Shown: piece by piece, positions 8,074 to 16,547 of the stretch
Layout: every line of letters starts with the position of its first letter
Numbering within the stretch: the first letter of the stretch is position 1
Assembly: GCA_964352335.1 (NCBI GenBank)
Contig: CAYGRO010000002.1
Location: forward strand, 77,138-141,137
Reading direction: 5' to 3'
DNA: 64,000 nt
Origin: an uncultured Gammaproteobacteria bacterium
GTDB lineage: Bacteria; Patescibacteriota; Patescibacteriia; VMEV01; CAYQCH01
Position numbers and translations under genes: made by a program
Notes under the pieces: model-generated
Databases searched by the model: none
Seen by the model: only the letters and a program-made list of their open reading frames with translations
What the model was told of the DNA's origin: nothing

Positions 8074-9399
8074 CTAGGCCTTGGTAGGCAATGCGATGCG
8101 CCCTCTATAGGCAGTGGGAACCACTCCCTTTTCACAGGACATTCGCTCCCACACGGATTGCATGAGAGCTTGGTATTGCTGAACCGTTGGCGCCACCAGT
8201 TGAAAGTGGCACTGCTTCGGAAGCAGGGTCGTCACGAGAGGAATGACACCGTAAGGAGCATCCCCTCTGTAGATGAGGTCACCCAGAACGTTGATAACGC
8301 GCTCAAATGAGTGTACCACATCGGTCGTCGGCTTAAAGATGTTCAGCCCAGTACAGACTTCAGCGCCGAAGATGTTCTCGATCTGAGTCTTCACATGGTA
8401 GGCGTACCAACCATTAGTCAACCGGATATTCGCCTCCGTGATATGGACACATCCATCCGGCAGAATGAGCATGTCAACAGAAAGGCAGCCTTGAACCCCC
8501 TTGAGCATCAGAAGGTCCCCCAACCGAAGCGCCTTATCCCGAATACACGAGAAGACCTTTTCAGTCATGCACGAGCCCTCAGTTGGCCTGCTAAAGACCA
8601 GGTTGCCATAGGAGAGCGGCTTGCCATCCGCACCAGACCTGACCAGAAGCTGGTCAGAAGCACCGAGGAAGTGAACGTGTTGTCCCTCGATTTTTAGAAG
8701 AGCACCTACGGCGACATGGTCACCGAAGAAAGGCTCGACGAGAAGAGAGTTCTTTTCTCCATTCAGCTCGAGCCAGATCTCCTCTAGCCCTTGCTTGGGG
8801 TGAATGCACTGGCCGTCTGACGAAGCCTCGCCATCGATTCGGACCATGCACTCTTCGTGATCTTGGAGGATCACTTCGGCCTGGGACGCGAGCTCCGTGA
8901 ACGATCTAACGATGCAGTGAGGAGTGAAAAGATCATACTCCCCAGCTTCCTTAGCAAGCGCACGTTGGGTGATCTTGGAACCCAGCCCCCAAAGTGAGGG
9001 ATGGTTACTGACCACGTATTGAGCCCAAAACTCATCTTCAGTTGTCAGGCCGAGAAGCTCCGAGAGCAGATGAGCGATGCGAATTTCCCCATCGTTCTTA
9101 CCCGCCTCGAAGAATTCGACCTTGTAGCCGCGCTTGATGTACTCAGCGATCCTTCTCAAGGTCTTTTGACCTGGTTCACTGATCAAGGATTCCACAGGAT
9201 GATCACCACCGACCACCCAAATGTCTGTAGCACCAAGGTTCACAGACTTGAGCCAAGCAACTTGTGCTGCTGAACCACATTCTCCAGTCGATGTGACGAG
9301 AATTCCCGGAACAGCAATTGCCCGAAAGCTCAAACCACGAACCTTGGTTGACTCCAACCCAAGCCAAGAGCTCAGATCTGCAATTGTAATAACTTTCAC
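8074..9399 (-). CDS. ATP-grasp family ligase (pre-ATP-grasp N-domain + ATP-grasp), substrate unknown
   Basis: 441 aa, GC-rich. Assigned on an ATP-grasp-like overall pattern; I did not identify a named motif. A hairpin terminator lies downstream at ~8040-8070. Confidence 0.4.
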   Translation of the reverse strand: MKVITIADLSSWLGLESTKVRGLSFRAIAVPGILVTSTGECGSAAQVAWLKSVNLGATDIWVVGGDHPVESLISEPGQKTLRRIAEYIKRGYKVEFFEAGKNDGEIRIAHLLSELLGLTTEDEFWAQYVVSNHPSLWGLGSKITQRALAKEAGEYDLFTPHCIVRSFTELASQAEVILQDHEECMVRIDGEASSDGQCIHPKQGLEEIWLELNGEKNSLLVEPFFGDHVAVGALLKIEGQHVHFLGASDQLLVRSGADGKPLSYGNLVFSRPTEGSCMTEKVFSCIRDKALRLGDLLMLKGVQGCLSVDMLILPDGCVHITEANIRLTNGWYAYHVKTQIENIFGAEVCTGLNIFKPTTDVVHSFERVINVLGDLIYRGDAPYGVIPLVTTLLPKQCHFQLVAPTVQQYQALMQSVWERMSCEKGVVPTAYRGRIALPTKA

Positions 9400-9439
9400 C
9401 GTTACCTCTTTGTTTGTTACTATTTGTTTTAACTGTCAC

Positions 9440-9478
9440 GAAGGACAAAAAAAACCCGCTTTTTTAAGCGGGCAAAAT
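9440..9478 (-). terminator. Intrinsic terminator (minus strand)
   Basis: cccgctt...aagcggg hairpin followed on the minus strand by a T8 run. Confidence 0.5.
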
Positions 9479-9686
9479 ATGTAGATGTTTATGGAATTTA
9501 CATACTTAGCCCGTTTGAAAAACAAGCAATAATAAGGAAAGACATACTAATATGTCGTTGTTCAATAGCAATAGTATTCAATTGTTGTCGTTGCTCCTTT
9601 TTCATAAAAATCAGTATAAATCAATCAATTATGTTTTGTCAAAAAAAATTAACAAAGAAAAAACACCTCAAATGAGATGCTTTTTC

Positions 9687-9701
9687 TGGTTCCCAGACAG
9701 G
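9687..9701 (-). repeat. Direct repeat of the tRNA-Gln 3' end (last 15 nt: T-stem 3' strand + acceptor + CCA)
   Basis: tggttcccagacagg is identical to 9832-9846. It is immediately followed by the palindrome cctgcctatcggcagg (9702-9717). Confidence 0.7.
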
Positions 9702-10182
9702 CCTGCCTATCGGCAGGTAAAGATTCGCCGTCACCACAAAAAGGGTTAGGATCGATGAGCTTCTCATCCCTTATCGACAGATCTATTTTTAGACAAAGTA
9801 AAACGCTCATCAGATTGATGAACGCTTTACTTGGTTCCCAGACAGGGATTCGAACCCCGATTCCATGGACCAAAACCATGTGTCCTACCTTTAGACGATC
9901 TGGGAATAGATAATCTTCTTTTTTTCTTCGCGTCCGATACCGGACTTTAAATATAGTTCACGAGCACGCGCTTCATCTACAGTAGCAAACTCTTCTGTAT
10001 GAACTAGTTTTAAAGGACGGCATCCTTTTGTTGACCTCACTTTGCCATATGTATGATTTTTAAATCGTTTTTCTATATCGGATGTGCTACCAACATATGA
10101 CCAATTAGCTCTATTTTGTGATACTAAATATAGATAAAAGCCATAACAATTGTTAATGGACCCCTGCCTGCCGGCAGGCAGG
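9702..10182 (-). mobile_element. Candidate inserted element interrupting a second tRNA-Gln copy; carries an intact tRNA-Gln and a GIY-YIG ORF
   Basis: Bounded by hairpin-forming imperfect inverted termini: CCTGCCTGCCGGCAGGCAGG (10163-10182) and CCTGCCTATCGGCAGG (9702-9717). Flanked by the 5' (10183-10237) and 3' (9687-9701) fragments of a tRNA-Gln. No integrase or transposase is seen. Confidence 0.3.
9832..9905 (-). tRNA. tRNA-Gln (anticodon UUG), CCA encoded
   Basis: Manual fold: acceptor TCCCAGA/TCTGGGA (U1-A72), D-arm GTCT-AAAGGTA-GGAC, anticodon arm CATGG-TTTTGGT-CCATG (anticodon TTG), variable loop GAAT, T-arm CGGGG-TTCGAAT-CCCTG, discriminator A, CCA. Confidence 0.85.
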
Positions 10183-10190
10183 AAAACCAT
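9891..10190 (-). CDS. Small GIY-YIG nuclease family protein (YhbQ/YazA/UPF0213-like, ~99 aa)
   Basis: Motifs GFYLYLV...WSYVGSTSDIEKRFKNH...KLVHTEEF...EARARELYLK match the GIY-YIG catalytic domain. The N-terminal 11 codons (start codon included) are encoded by the tRNA 5' fragment plus palindrome; the 3' end overlaps the intact tRNA-Gln by 15 nt. Confidence 0.55.
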   Translation of the reverse strand: MVFLPAGRQGSINNCYGFYLYLVSQNRANWSYVGSTSDIEKRFKNHTYGKVRSTKGCRPLKLVHTEEFATVDEARARELYLKSGIGREEKKKIIYSQIV

Positions 10191-10237
10191 GTGTCCTACC
10201 CTTAGGGCTCACCTTACTCTGGGGAGACGATCTGGGA
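10183..10237 (-). pseudogene. 5' fragment of a second tRNA-Gln copy (positions 1-35) with a 24-nt replacement in the D-loop
   Basis: TCCCAGATCGTCT[CCCCAGAGTAAGGTGAGCCCTAAG]GGTAGGACACATGGTTTT is identical to the intact gene except that the D-loop AAA is replaced. It breaks after anticodon-loop position 35 into a 20-nt perfect palindrome. Confidence 0.55.
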
Positions 10238-10385
10238 ATATCTTCAGTGTCTCAGTGATAGATTATTTCAGTGATACTGAAATAGTGTAGCATTGAATCA
10301 ATGAACCTGAGACTAAACAAAAGCTGGCAAAGAATGCCGAGCTTTTGTGTAGTAATACTAGCGTATTTTCAGGTTTTTCGTCAAG

Positions 10386-11267
10386 CTAGTTTCGTACTGG
10401 AATAACTGAATTATCCCCATCATTTAGAACGATTGTAGGAGTAATTCCTTTTTCTGTTAAGACGATTTTAGCATTTCTGCTTAAACTTTCTTGAGTTACT
10501 TCTAATGCTTTGAATTTTTGTGAATTAGCTTTAAATGTTTCTTCTACAGCTTTATTCACCTCACGTACAGCTTGCGCTTTGGCAATAGCTTCTAATCGAA
10601 TAGATTCTGCTCTACCAGTCGCTCGTTCAATTTGAGATGTTTTATCTGCTTCAGCTTCAATAATACGTGATTCAGAAATTTGTCTTACAGATTCTTTTTC
10701 AGCTTGTGCTGCTGTAATTTTTGCTTCCTTTTCACGCTCAGCAGTTACAACTTGATCCATAGCATGTTGCACAGATTGAGATGGGTGAACATCTTGTAAT
10801 TCAACACGTAAAATATCAATTCCCCATTCTTCTGTTTGTGAGTCTAATTCCGCTTCAATTCTTTGGTTAATTGTATGACGTTGAGCATTTACTTCAACGA
10901 ATTGTAATTCACCAATAATAGATCGAAGTGTTGTTTGTGCTAATGAAGGAATAGCTGAGAAAAAGCTATCAATATTATAAACAGCTTTCATTGCATCTTT
11001 AATTCTATAGTAAACAACGGCATCAATTTGCAAATTTAAGTTATCTTTTGTGATAACAGATTGTTTTGGTACATCTTGCCGAATTTCAGTCATTGGCACA
11101 CTTCGAGCCTTGTCGATAAATGGAATAATCCATTTTAAACCTTGGTCAATTGTTCGATGGTACTTCCCTAATCGTTCAACCAATCGAACTTCGATCGGAC
11201 GAACAACACGAAAACCGAGAACTGTAATAAAAAGAACCACGAGTAATAAGAAAACTAAACCACCCAT
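10386..11267 (-). CDS. SPFH/band-7 (stomatin/prohibitin-like) membrane protein
   Basis: N-terminal TM, SPFH-like core, C-terminal coiled-coil region rich in A/E/K. A terminator hairpin lies downstream at ~10318-10350. Confidence 0.65.
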   Translation of the reverse strand: MGGLVFLLLVVLFITVLGFRVVRPIEVRLVERLGKYHRTIDQGLKWIIPFIDKARSVPMTEIRQDVPKQSVITKDNLNLQIDAVVYYRIKDAMKAVYNIDSFFSAIPSLAQTTLRSIIGELQFVEVNAQRHTINQRIEAELDSQTEEWGIDILRVELQDVHPSQSVQHAMDQVVTAEREKEAKITAAQAEKESVRQISESRIIEAEADKTSQIERATGRAESIRLEAIAKAQAVREVNKAVEETFKANSQKFKALEVTQESLSRNAKIVLTEKGITPTIVLNDGDNSVIPVRN

Positions 11268-11333
11268 ATTGTTTTGGTAAACATTAAAGAAAGCTAAAAT
11301 TAGCAGAAAAAACTAGTTTTGTCAAGCAAAAGA

Positions 11334-12317
11334 TTATACCTTTGAATATTTACTTGTAGCCAAAATACTAGCAATACTTAAAAGTAAGACGAGACCAAGA
11401 AACTGTAAGCCAAAAAGGAATAAAAAGTTTACATTAAAGAATGTAATCAAATTTATCGCAGATCCATCAATAAATAATTCATTCACAAATGGCTGAACAA
11501 AGCTTAGTAAAGGATACCAGATCAAAAGAAAAATCATCATAGATAAAACGGCATACAGTATACTTTCCCAAATGTACGGCATTCGAATAAACCAATTAGT
11601 TGCTCCGACCAATCTCATTATGGCGATTTCTTCACGATGTGTATAAATGATAATCCGTAAAGTATTATAGACGACAATCAGCGCCATCAAACTAAACAGA
11701 ATACTTACGATCGACGCAATGCTTCTAATCCGTTTACTCACCCCAGAGACTCGCTCGATAATAAGCGTATGTTCATCAAAATTCTTATCGGCTATCACGG
11801 CATCATATCGTGGCTCATTTAGTAGGGCAACAATTGGTTGATAATCCTCAGTACTTTGTGCTTGGACAATCAATTGTGAACCAAGCGGGTTTCCACCGAG
11901 CTCTTGAAGTGAATCAATGATAGCTTGATCACCTTCATGTCGATTTAACATCGCAGATAATGCTTCATCTGCAGAAATATAAATAACTTCTTTTACTTGA
12001 TTAAGACCCAGTAAATGAGCTCGTAAATCTAATACAGTCGTTTCGTCGACTCCTGAATTGATAAAAACACTGACATCAATTTTCTTTTCAATCGTCTGAA
12101 GCGTATAGTCACTCACTGTTTTCACTAAAACAAGCGAATTGAAGCTGAATAATGCAAGTAAAATAACCGTAATGGTAATAAGTGACAACCAAATATTTCT
12201 CCAAAAATCTTTAATGGCGTATTTAGCTGTTCTAGATAAAAATGTAAACATAATTTTAGAGTGAATATTTACCACCTTCTTGATCACGAACAATTTGGCC
12301 ATTCTCCATAACAACAA
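11334..12317 (-). CDS. ftsX: Cell division ABC transporter permease FtsX
   Basis: N-terminal TM + periplasmic domain + C-terminal 3 TM (FtsX fold); immediately downstream of ftsE. Confidence 0.7.
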   Translation of the reverse strand: MLLWRMAKLFVIKKVVNIHSKIMFTFLSRTAKYAIKDFWRNIWLSLITITVILLALFSFNSLVLVKTVSDYTLQTIEKKIDVSVFINSGVDETTVLDLRAHLLGLNQVKEVIYISADEALSAMLNRHEGDQAIIDSLQELGGNPLGSQLIVQAQSTEDYQPIVALLNEPRYDAVIADKNFDEHTLIIERVSGVSKRIRSIASIVSILFSLMALIVVYNTLRIIIYTHREEIAIMRLVGATNWFIRMPYIWESILYAVLSMMIFLLIWYPLLSFVQPFVNELFIDGSAINLITFFNVNFLFLFGLQFLGLVLLLSIASILATSKYSKV

Positions 12318-12933
12318 CTCTTCGTCTTAATGAATTTACAATATCCTTGTCATGAGTCATTAAAATAACAGTTGTACCAAATTCGTTAATCTTTTTAAGT
12401 AAATCTAAAATTTCTTGAGCATTAATCGTATCTAAGTTACCGGTGGGCTCATCCGCGATAAGAATTTTAGGTCGATGCGCCAAAGCACGAGCAATTGCTA
12501 CACGCTGAGACTCTCCTCCAGAAATTTGCTTTGGGTATCTTTCTCCTTTACCTTCTAGTCCAACAATACTTAATAATGGCTCAGTTACTTTTTGAATTTT
12601 CTTTTTTGGCACCCCAGCTACTTCAAGTGAATAAGCAATATTTTCATTGACAGTTTTTCCTTCTAGTAGACTGAAATCTTGGTAGACAACTCCAATTTGC
12701 CTTCTTAAATACGGAATTTCATAATTTTTAATACCCGTAATATCCCAACCACCAACAATAATAGAACCTCGTGTTGGATATTCTTGTGCAATGAGTAATT
12801 TTGAAAAAGTTGTTTTCCCTGCACCACTTTGCCCAATAACGGAAATGAATTCTTTCGGCTTAATATGTAGATTGATGTCATGCAAAGCAGATACCCCTTT
12901 GTATTCTTTACTAACATTTTTAAAGTGAATCAT
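12256..12933 (-). CDS. ftsE: Cell division ATP-binding protein FtsE
   Basis: Walker A GQSGAGKTT, ABC signature LSGGESQRVAIARA, Walker B ILIADEPTGNLD; 225 aa. Confidence 0.85.
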   Translation of the reverse strand: MIHFKNVSKEYKGVSALHDINLHIKPKEFISVIGQSGAGKTTFSKLLIAQEYPTRGSIIVGGWDITGIKNYEIPYLRRQIGVVYQDFSLLEGKTVNENIAYSLEVAGVPKKKIQKVTEPLLSIVGLEGKGERYPKQISGGESQRVAIARALAHRPKILIADEPTGNLDTINAQEILDLLKKINEFGTTVILMTHDKDIVNSLRRRVVVMENGQIVRDQEGGKYSL

Positions 12934-12941
12934 AGGTTTTA

Positions 12942-13856
12942 TTAAAACAATTCAGGAAGACCATCATTTAGAAAATCTTCTTCCGAGATTAGATATGGCT
13001 CTACTTTTACATGAGTTAGTCCTCTCCATTTCTCTGTTAATTGCTCAAAAGCAGTAACATCTAAGTCAATAATTCTCCCTGTCCATAACTCTGGCCCATA
13101 ATCATTCACTTCTACAATAACTGACTTTTGAGTCGTGAGATCTGTTACTTTCAATAAAGTACCGGATGGATAGTCTCGAGAAGCAGCACAATTACAATCT
13201 CTATAGGCATACCAACTAGCTTCTCCTTCTTGAGCGATAACATCTGAAAAAATCGCCATCGGAGCATAGGTTAAATGAATAGCAGCTCGTAGAGACTTTG
13301 ATTTCAAATCATTTTGTGTAGGGATAGGAATCCATGCTTTATGTCCTTTATCATAGAAGTATACACCTAGATTTGATTGTGTTTCCGCTAAATAATGAAA
13401 ACGCAACCATAAAGGTTTTTCAGGATCATACAGATCTGCAGCTCCTTTGATATCAAATTCATAAACAGGGCTTACTATTTCTTTCCCTTCTGGTAAGGCC
13501 CAATCAACAACTAATCTTGTTTCTGTTTGTATTTCTTTTGACCCTGTTGTTTCTTGTTCATCAACAACTGAAGTGCTTTCGATTTCTAATGCAGATGGAC
13601 CTACTCTATACAATTCTCGGTGCACATATTCAGAATGATCAAAAACTTTTATTGTCACATCAGTCTCCCCTCTTAAAACATTAGGAAGAACACCAACATG
13701 AAATTGATCATCTGGTGTAGAAACGGTATATCCCTTTTCAATTGTAATGGCATCGAAAGCCCACTTGTATAACTCTTCTGTCGTTTCCGCATGTGCGATT
13801 AAACCAGATGCAGAAAAAAGTAATATAAGAGATACAATAAGATTTTGTTTCTTCAT
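12942..13856 (-). CDS. Secreted RlpA-like double-psi beta-barrel (DPBB) domain protein
   Basis: Signal peptide. The C-terminal part (ASWYAYRDCNCAASRDYPSGTLLKVTDLTTQKSVIVEVNDYGPELWTGRIIDLDVTAFEQL) fits the RlpA DPBB consensus (ASWYG...VRVTNLDNGKSVVVRINDRGP...IIDLS). Confidence 0.6.
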   Translation of the reverse strand: MKKQNLIVSLILLFSASGLIAHAETTEELYKWAFDAITIEKGYTVSTPDDQFHVGVLPNVLRGETDVTIKVFDHSEYVHRELYRVGPSALEIESTSVVDEQETTGSKEIQTETRLVVDWALPEGKEIVSPVYEFDIKGAADLYDPEKPLWLRFHYLAETQSNLGVYFYDKGHKAWIPIPTQNDLKSKSLRAAIHLTYAPMAIFSDVIAQEGEASWYAYRDCNCAASRDYPSGTLLKVTDLTTQKSVIVEVNDYGPELWTGRIIDLDVTAFEQLTEKWRGLTHVKVEPYLISEEDFLNDGLPELF

Positions 13857-13889
13857 AGAATGTTGTATAATTATAGCATACTCTGATCT

Positions 13890-14426
13890 GTGGATAAGAT
13901 ATTCAAAATGGCGCTAGCAAAAACGAAAACAAAAACAATTCGTTCAAAAAGAAAAGTAAAATGGACAGAAGAGCATTTTGCTATTCGCAAACTTTTAGAA
14001 GAAGAATTGCATGGACTTTTAGCTTATATACGGTCTATCCATAATATAGCTATTTTATTAATCCTAACTTCTGTTATCGCCTTACTTTATTCGTTAAATT
14101 CCCTATTTCAAAATGATCATAAAGCAGTTATTGGTTTTTTAATCATTATCCTTACATCATTAGCTGTTGCATCTACCTCTACTTGGGTATTAAGACCTTG
14201 GATTATGCCAAGATTCTTACTTCCAATGGATATGAATAAGTTGAATTTACCTGAATTAAAACTGCTCTTTAAAGACCCAGATGAATACTTGATGCTATTA
14301 AAAACTCATACACAAATCCTAACAGATCAATTTTTGCTCCCAAAACTTTCTCGACTACGAAATGCCATTGCCCTATTCGTTTTTGGAGTCTCCATTGCAA
14401 TTTTATTATCTATTGCTTTACCCTAA
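13890..14426 (+). CDS. Hypothetical membrane protein (one of the few plus-strand genes)
   Basis: 178 aa with a basic N-terminus and 3 predicted TM helices. Confidence 0.4.
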   Translation: MDKIFKMALAKTKTKTIRSKRKVKWTEEHFAIRKLLEEELHGLLAYIRSIHNIAILLILTSVIALLYSLNSLFQNDHKAVIGFLIIILTSLAVASTSTWVLRPWIMPRFLLPMDMNKLNLPELKLLFKDPDEYLMLLKTHTQILTDQFLLPKLSRLRNAIALFVFGVSIAILLSIALP

Positions 14427-14427
14427 A

Positions 14428-14862
14428 TTACTGTTCAATTCGCCAAAAATAGCTCAACCATTTTGAGCTATTTTTTTGTTTTCTTAATTCAACTTGTACT
14501 CCATCACTTGTAAACTTCTTTTCTCCACCTAATTCTTGTGCTGAATCTGAATTAGATTCTTTTAATACAACCACTTTTTCACCAGGAGCTTTCATTCCAA
14601 GTTTAATCCTTGCTTGCTCTTCTAAGTAGACATCCGTTTTTAAGAACTCAACAAATTCAGAGAAATCACTATTCTTTCCTTCTAATTCTTTTATTTCGTC
14701 TTGCAATTGCGCTATCTCTTTATTGATTTGATGACTCCTAAAAAATTCTTTTCCAAGAGCAATACCTATAAGAACAAAAACAATCAATACCAATACCAAA
14801 AACCACTTTGAAGTAAACCAAGATCTATTACGTACAGGATTACGTTTAAGGTTCATAGGCAA
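14428..14862 (-). CDS. FtsB/DivIC-like septum formation initiator (TM + coiled coil)
   Basis: Single N-terminal TM followed by a heptad-like coiled coil (INKEIAQLQDEIKELEGKN); typical size and architecture. Confidence 0.5.
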   Translation of the reverse strand: MPMNLKRNPVRNRSWFTSKWFLVLVLIVFVLIGIALGKEFFRSHQINKEIAQLQDEIKELEGKNSDFSEFVEFLKTDVYLEEQARIKLGMKAPGEKVVVLKESNSDSAQELGGEKKFTSDGVQVELRKQKNSSKWLSYFWRIEQ

Positions 14863-14865
14863 AAA

Positions 14866-16518
14866 CTAACTCAAAGCTAATTCATCATCAATAGTGATCT
14901 GAGTTGATTGAATATTAGATAAATCTACATTTGAAGCAAAATTAATCTTTGGGCCAAATGTATAATTAAACAATAATGATTCTTGTAAATCATGGATTTG
15001 TTTATTCCATGTTGAGCCAAATAAATCTTTGGCAACTTGTTCCGTACCAATATGTTTTAATATTTGCCCTCTATCTACAAAATACACTTCATTAATACTA
15101 GGAGCTGTTAGCATACTTCCGGGTCTAAACCCAACATTTTTCCCCAAAGGAATACTTGCAAGCTCTGCATCTGTAATTGTTTTAACGGTAGAAAAGTCTC
15201 CTTTGTACCAAGTATCATAGACAGCCTGAGTAACAAATACATGTCTTGTGCCAGCTGAACTATAGTAATAAACAGCATCTAAGCTTCCTTTAATTAAGTC
15301 TCCAGCTTTAAATGAAGTTGTTGGTGACACTGGTGTTGGGTTTGGATTAGGTACTGGTTGAGAAGATCCAATTTCAACGGAAAATGTTGAAAATACATCT
15401 CCATCATACATAATTTCTAAGGTATATTTTGTATTTGAGTTCAGTGTTGTGAGTAGGTCTAATTTACCAAAATCATCTGTAAGCCCAGAAAGTGTAGAAA
15501 CAATTTGCCCCCCAGTTTTGATTGTTACTAGTAATTCTCTTAATGGCAATAATTCTCCTTCTTCACTACGCAATGTAATAACAGCCATTAATTCATTTCC
15601 ATCAACAGAAGATTCAACGAATGATTTATCTAAAGATGGCTGACGCAAATCAACATAGACATCATAATTTGGGCTAATCCATGTATTATTATCTCCATCC
15701 ATTGTTGTTAAAAACAATTCTCCGTTAATGAACTTGACTTCTGGATCAATTGATGCAGACCAAGTAGAAAAATTTGTTCCTGTATTTGTTGCAATATACT
15801 GCTTGCCATTTAAATTAACGATGACATTTTTTGTAATACCAAGCCCTCTATCTCTTGCTTGCCCTGTAAGAATAATAGGCTGATCCGGATTAATGAGGGT
15901 ATTATTTTCTCCATAAACAAAACCGTTTACAAAAGCGAGTGGACCTTGCTGATCAATTTTACTTTCTTTGAAAAAGATCGTTGTAGAAGTTTCTAATGGA
16001 ACTGTGGTTGCAATTCCAGAAGAAAAAAAGACACCTTTGTCATTTGTTTGGAAAACACCATCATTACCAGCGTCTTGTGGCTGACTTAATGCAACTTGAA
16101 AAATTTTATCACTAATAAAGGCATTTGATTCTAAACTGACAAAAAATCTTTGTGTAGAAGCCGTAAATATATGACTAATATTTTTAAATTCCCATACATT
16201 TGTAAATTGTCCTTCTGCTAATAGTTTATCATACCCCCACCCTTGAAAACCAGCATCACCAGTATCTAACCATAAGCGCATTTTGGCTACTTCAATACCA
16301 TTTCTTGCAGTTCCAGAAGATGTCAAAGTAAGCGTATTTAAGACTTCTCCTATATTTGTTGATATATCAAAATCAAGAGCCAAAACATTAAAATCACCAC
16401 CATAAACTCGTGGTTCAGTTATATGACGAATAGTAAAAGTTGCATCAGAAGCAGCCTGTGCAGGAAGAACCGGTAATAATGATAGTAATAACGCACCAAG
16501 TAAAAATAGATATCTCAT
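14866..16518 (-). CDS. Secreted protein with the C-terminal ~120-aa shared domain described in findings
   Basis: Signal peptide (LLSLLPVLPAQAAS). The C-terminal segment GDLIKGSLDAVYYYSSAGTRHVF...YKGDFSTVKTITDAELASIPLGKNVGFRPGS...VYFVD is homologous to the N-terminal domains of the 17419-21021 and 38121-39299 proteins. Confidence 0.5.
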   Translation of the reverse strand: MRYLFLLGALLLSLLPVLPAQAASDATFTIRHITEPRVYGGDFNVLALDFDISTNIGEVLNTLTLTSSGTARNGIEVAKMRLWLDTGDAGFQGWGYDKLLAEGQFTNVWEFKNISHIFTASTQRFFVSLESNAFISDKIFQVALSQPQDAGNDGVFQTNDKGVFFSSGIATTVPLETSTTIFFKESKIDQQGPLAFVNGFVYGENNTLINPDQPIILTGQARDRGLGITKNVIVNLNGKQYIATNTGTNFSTWSASIDPEVKFINGELFLTTMDGDNNTWISPNYDVYVDLRQPSLDKSFVESSVDGNELMAVITLRSEEGELLPLRELLVTIKTGGQIVSTLSGLTDDFGKLDLLTTLNSNTKYTLEIMYDGDVFSTFSVEIGSSQPVPNPNPTPVSPTTSFKAGDLIKGSLDAVYYYSSAGTRHVFVTQAVYDTWYKGDFSTVKTITDAELASIPLGKNVGFRPGSMLTAPSINEVYFVDRGQILKHIGTEQVAKDLFGSTWNKQIHDLQESLLFNYTFGPKINFASNVDLSNIQSTQITIDDELALS

Positions 16519-16547
16519 AAAATTATTGTTAACTTACCAAATGTAAA

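Noticed and set aside
3133-9400. Integrase or transposase that would mark a classical tRNA-linked genomic island
   Set aside because: No ORF in or near the cluster has integrase (tyrosine/serine recombinase) or transposase motifs. The island call therefore rests only on GC mosaicism and tRNA adjacency.
9649-9879. 76-aa ORF (minus strand) across the tRNA-Gln gene
   Set aside because: It is the translation of the tRNA gene itself and its downstream spacer; spurious.
9687-10237. Interrupted tRNA-Gln as an intron-containing tRNA (group I or archaeal-type intron with a homing endonuclease)
   Set aside because: Joining the 5' fragment (nt 1-35) and the 3' fragment (last 15 nt) would not yield a tRNA, because the anticodon 3' half, variable loop and T-arm 5' half are missing. 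The element also carries a complete tRNA-Gln of its own, so this is an insertion/duplication rather than an intron.
12705-12917. 70-aa ORF nested within ftsE in another frame
   Set aside because: Entirely inside a confidently identified ABC ATPase gene; no support.
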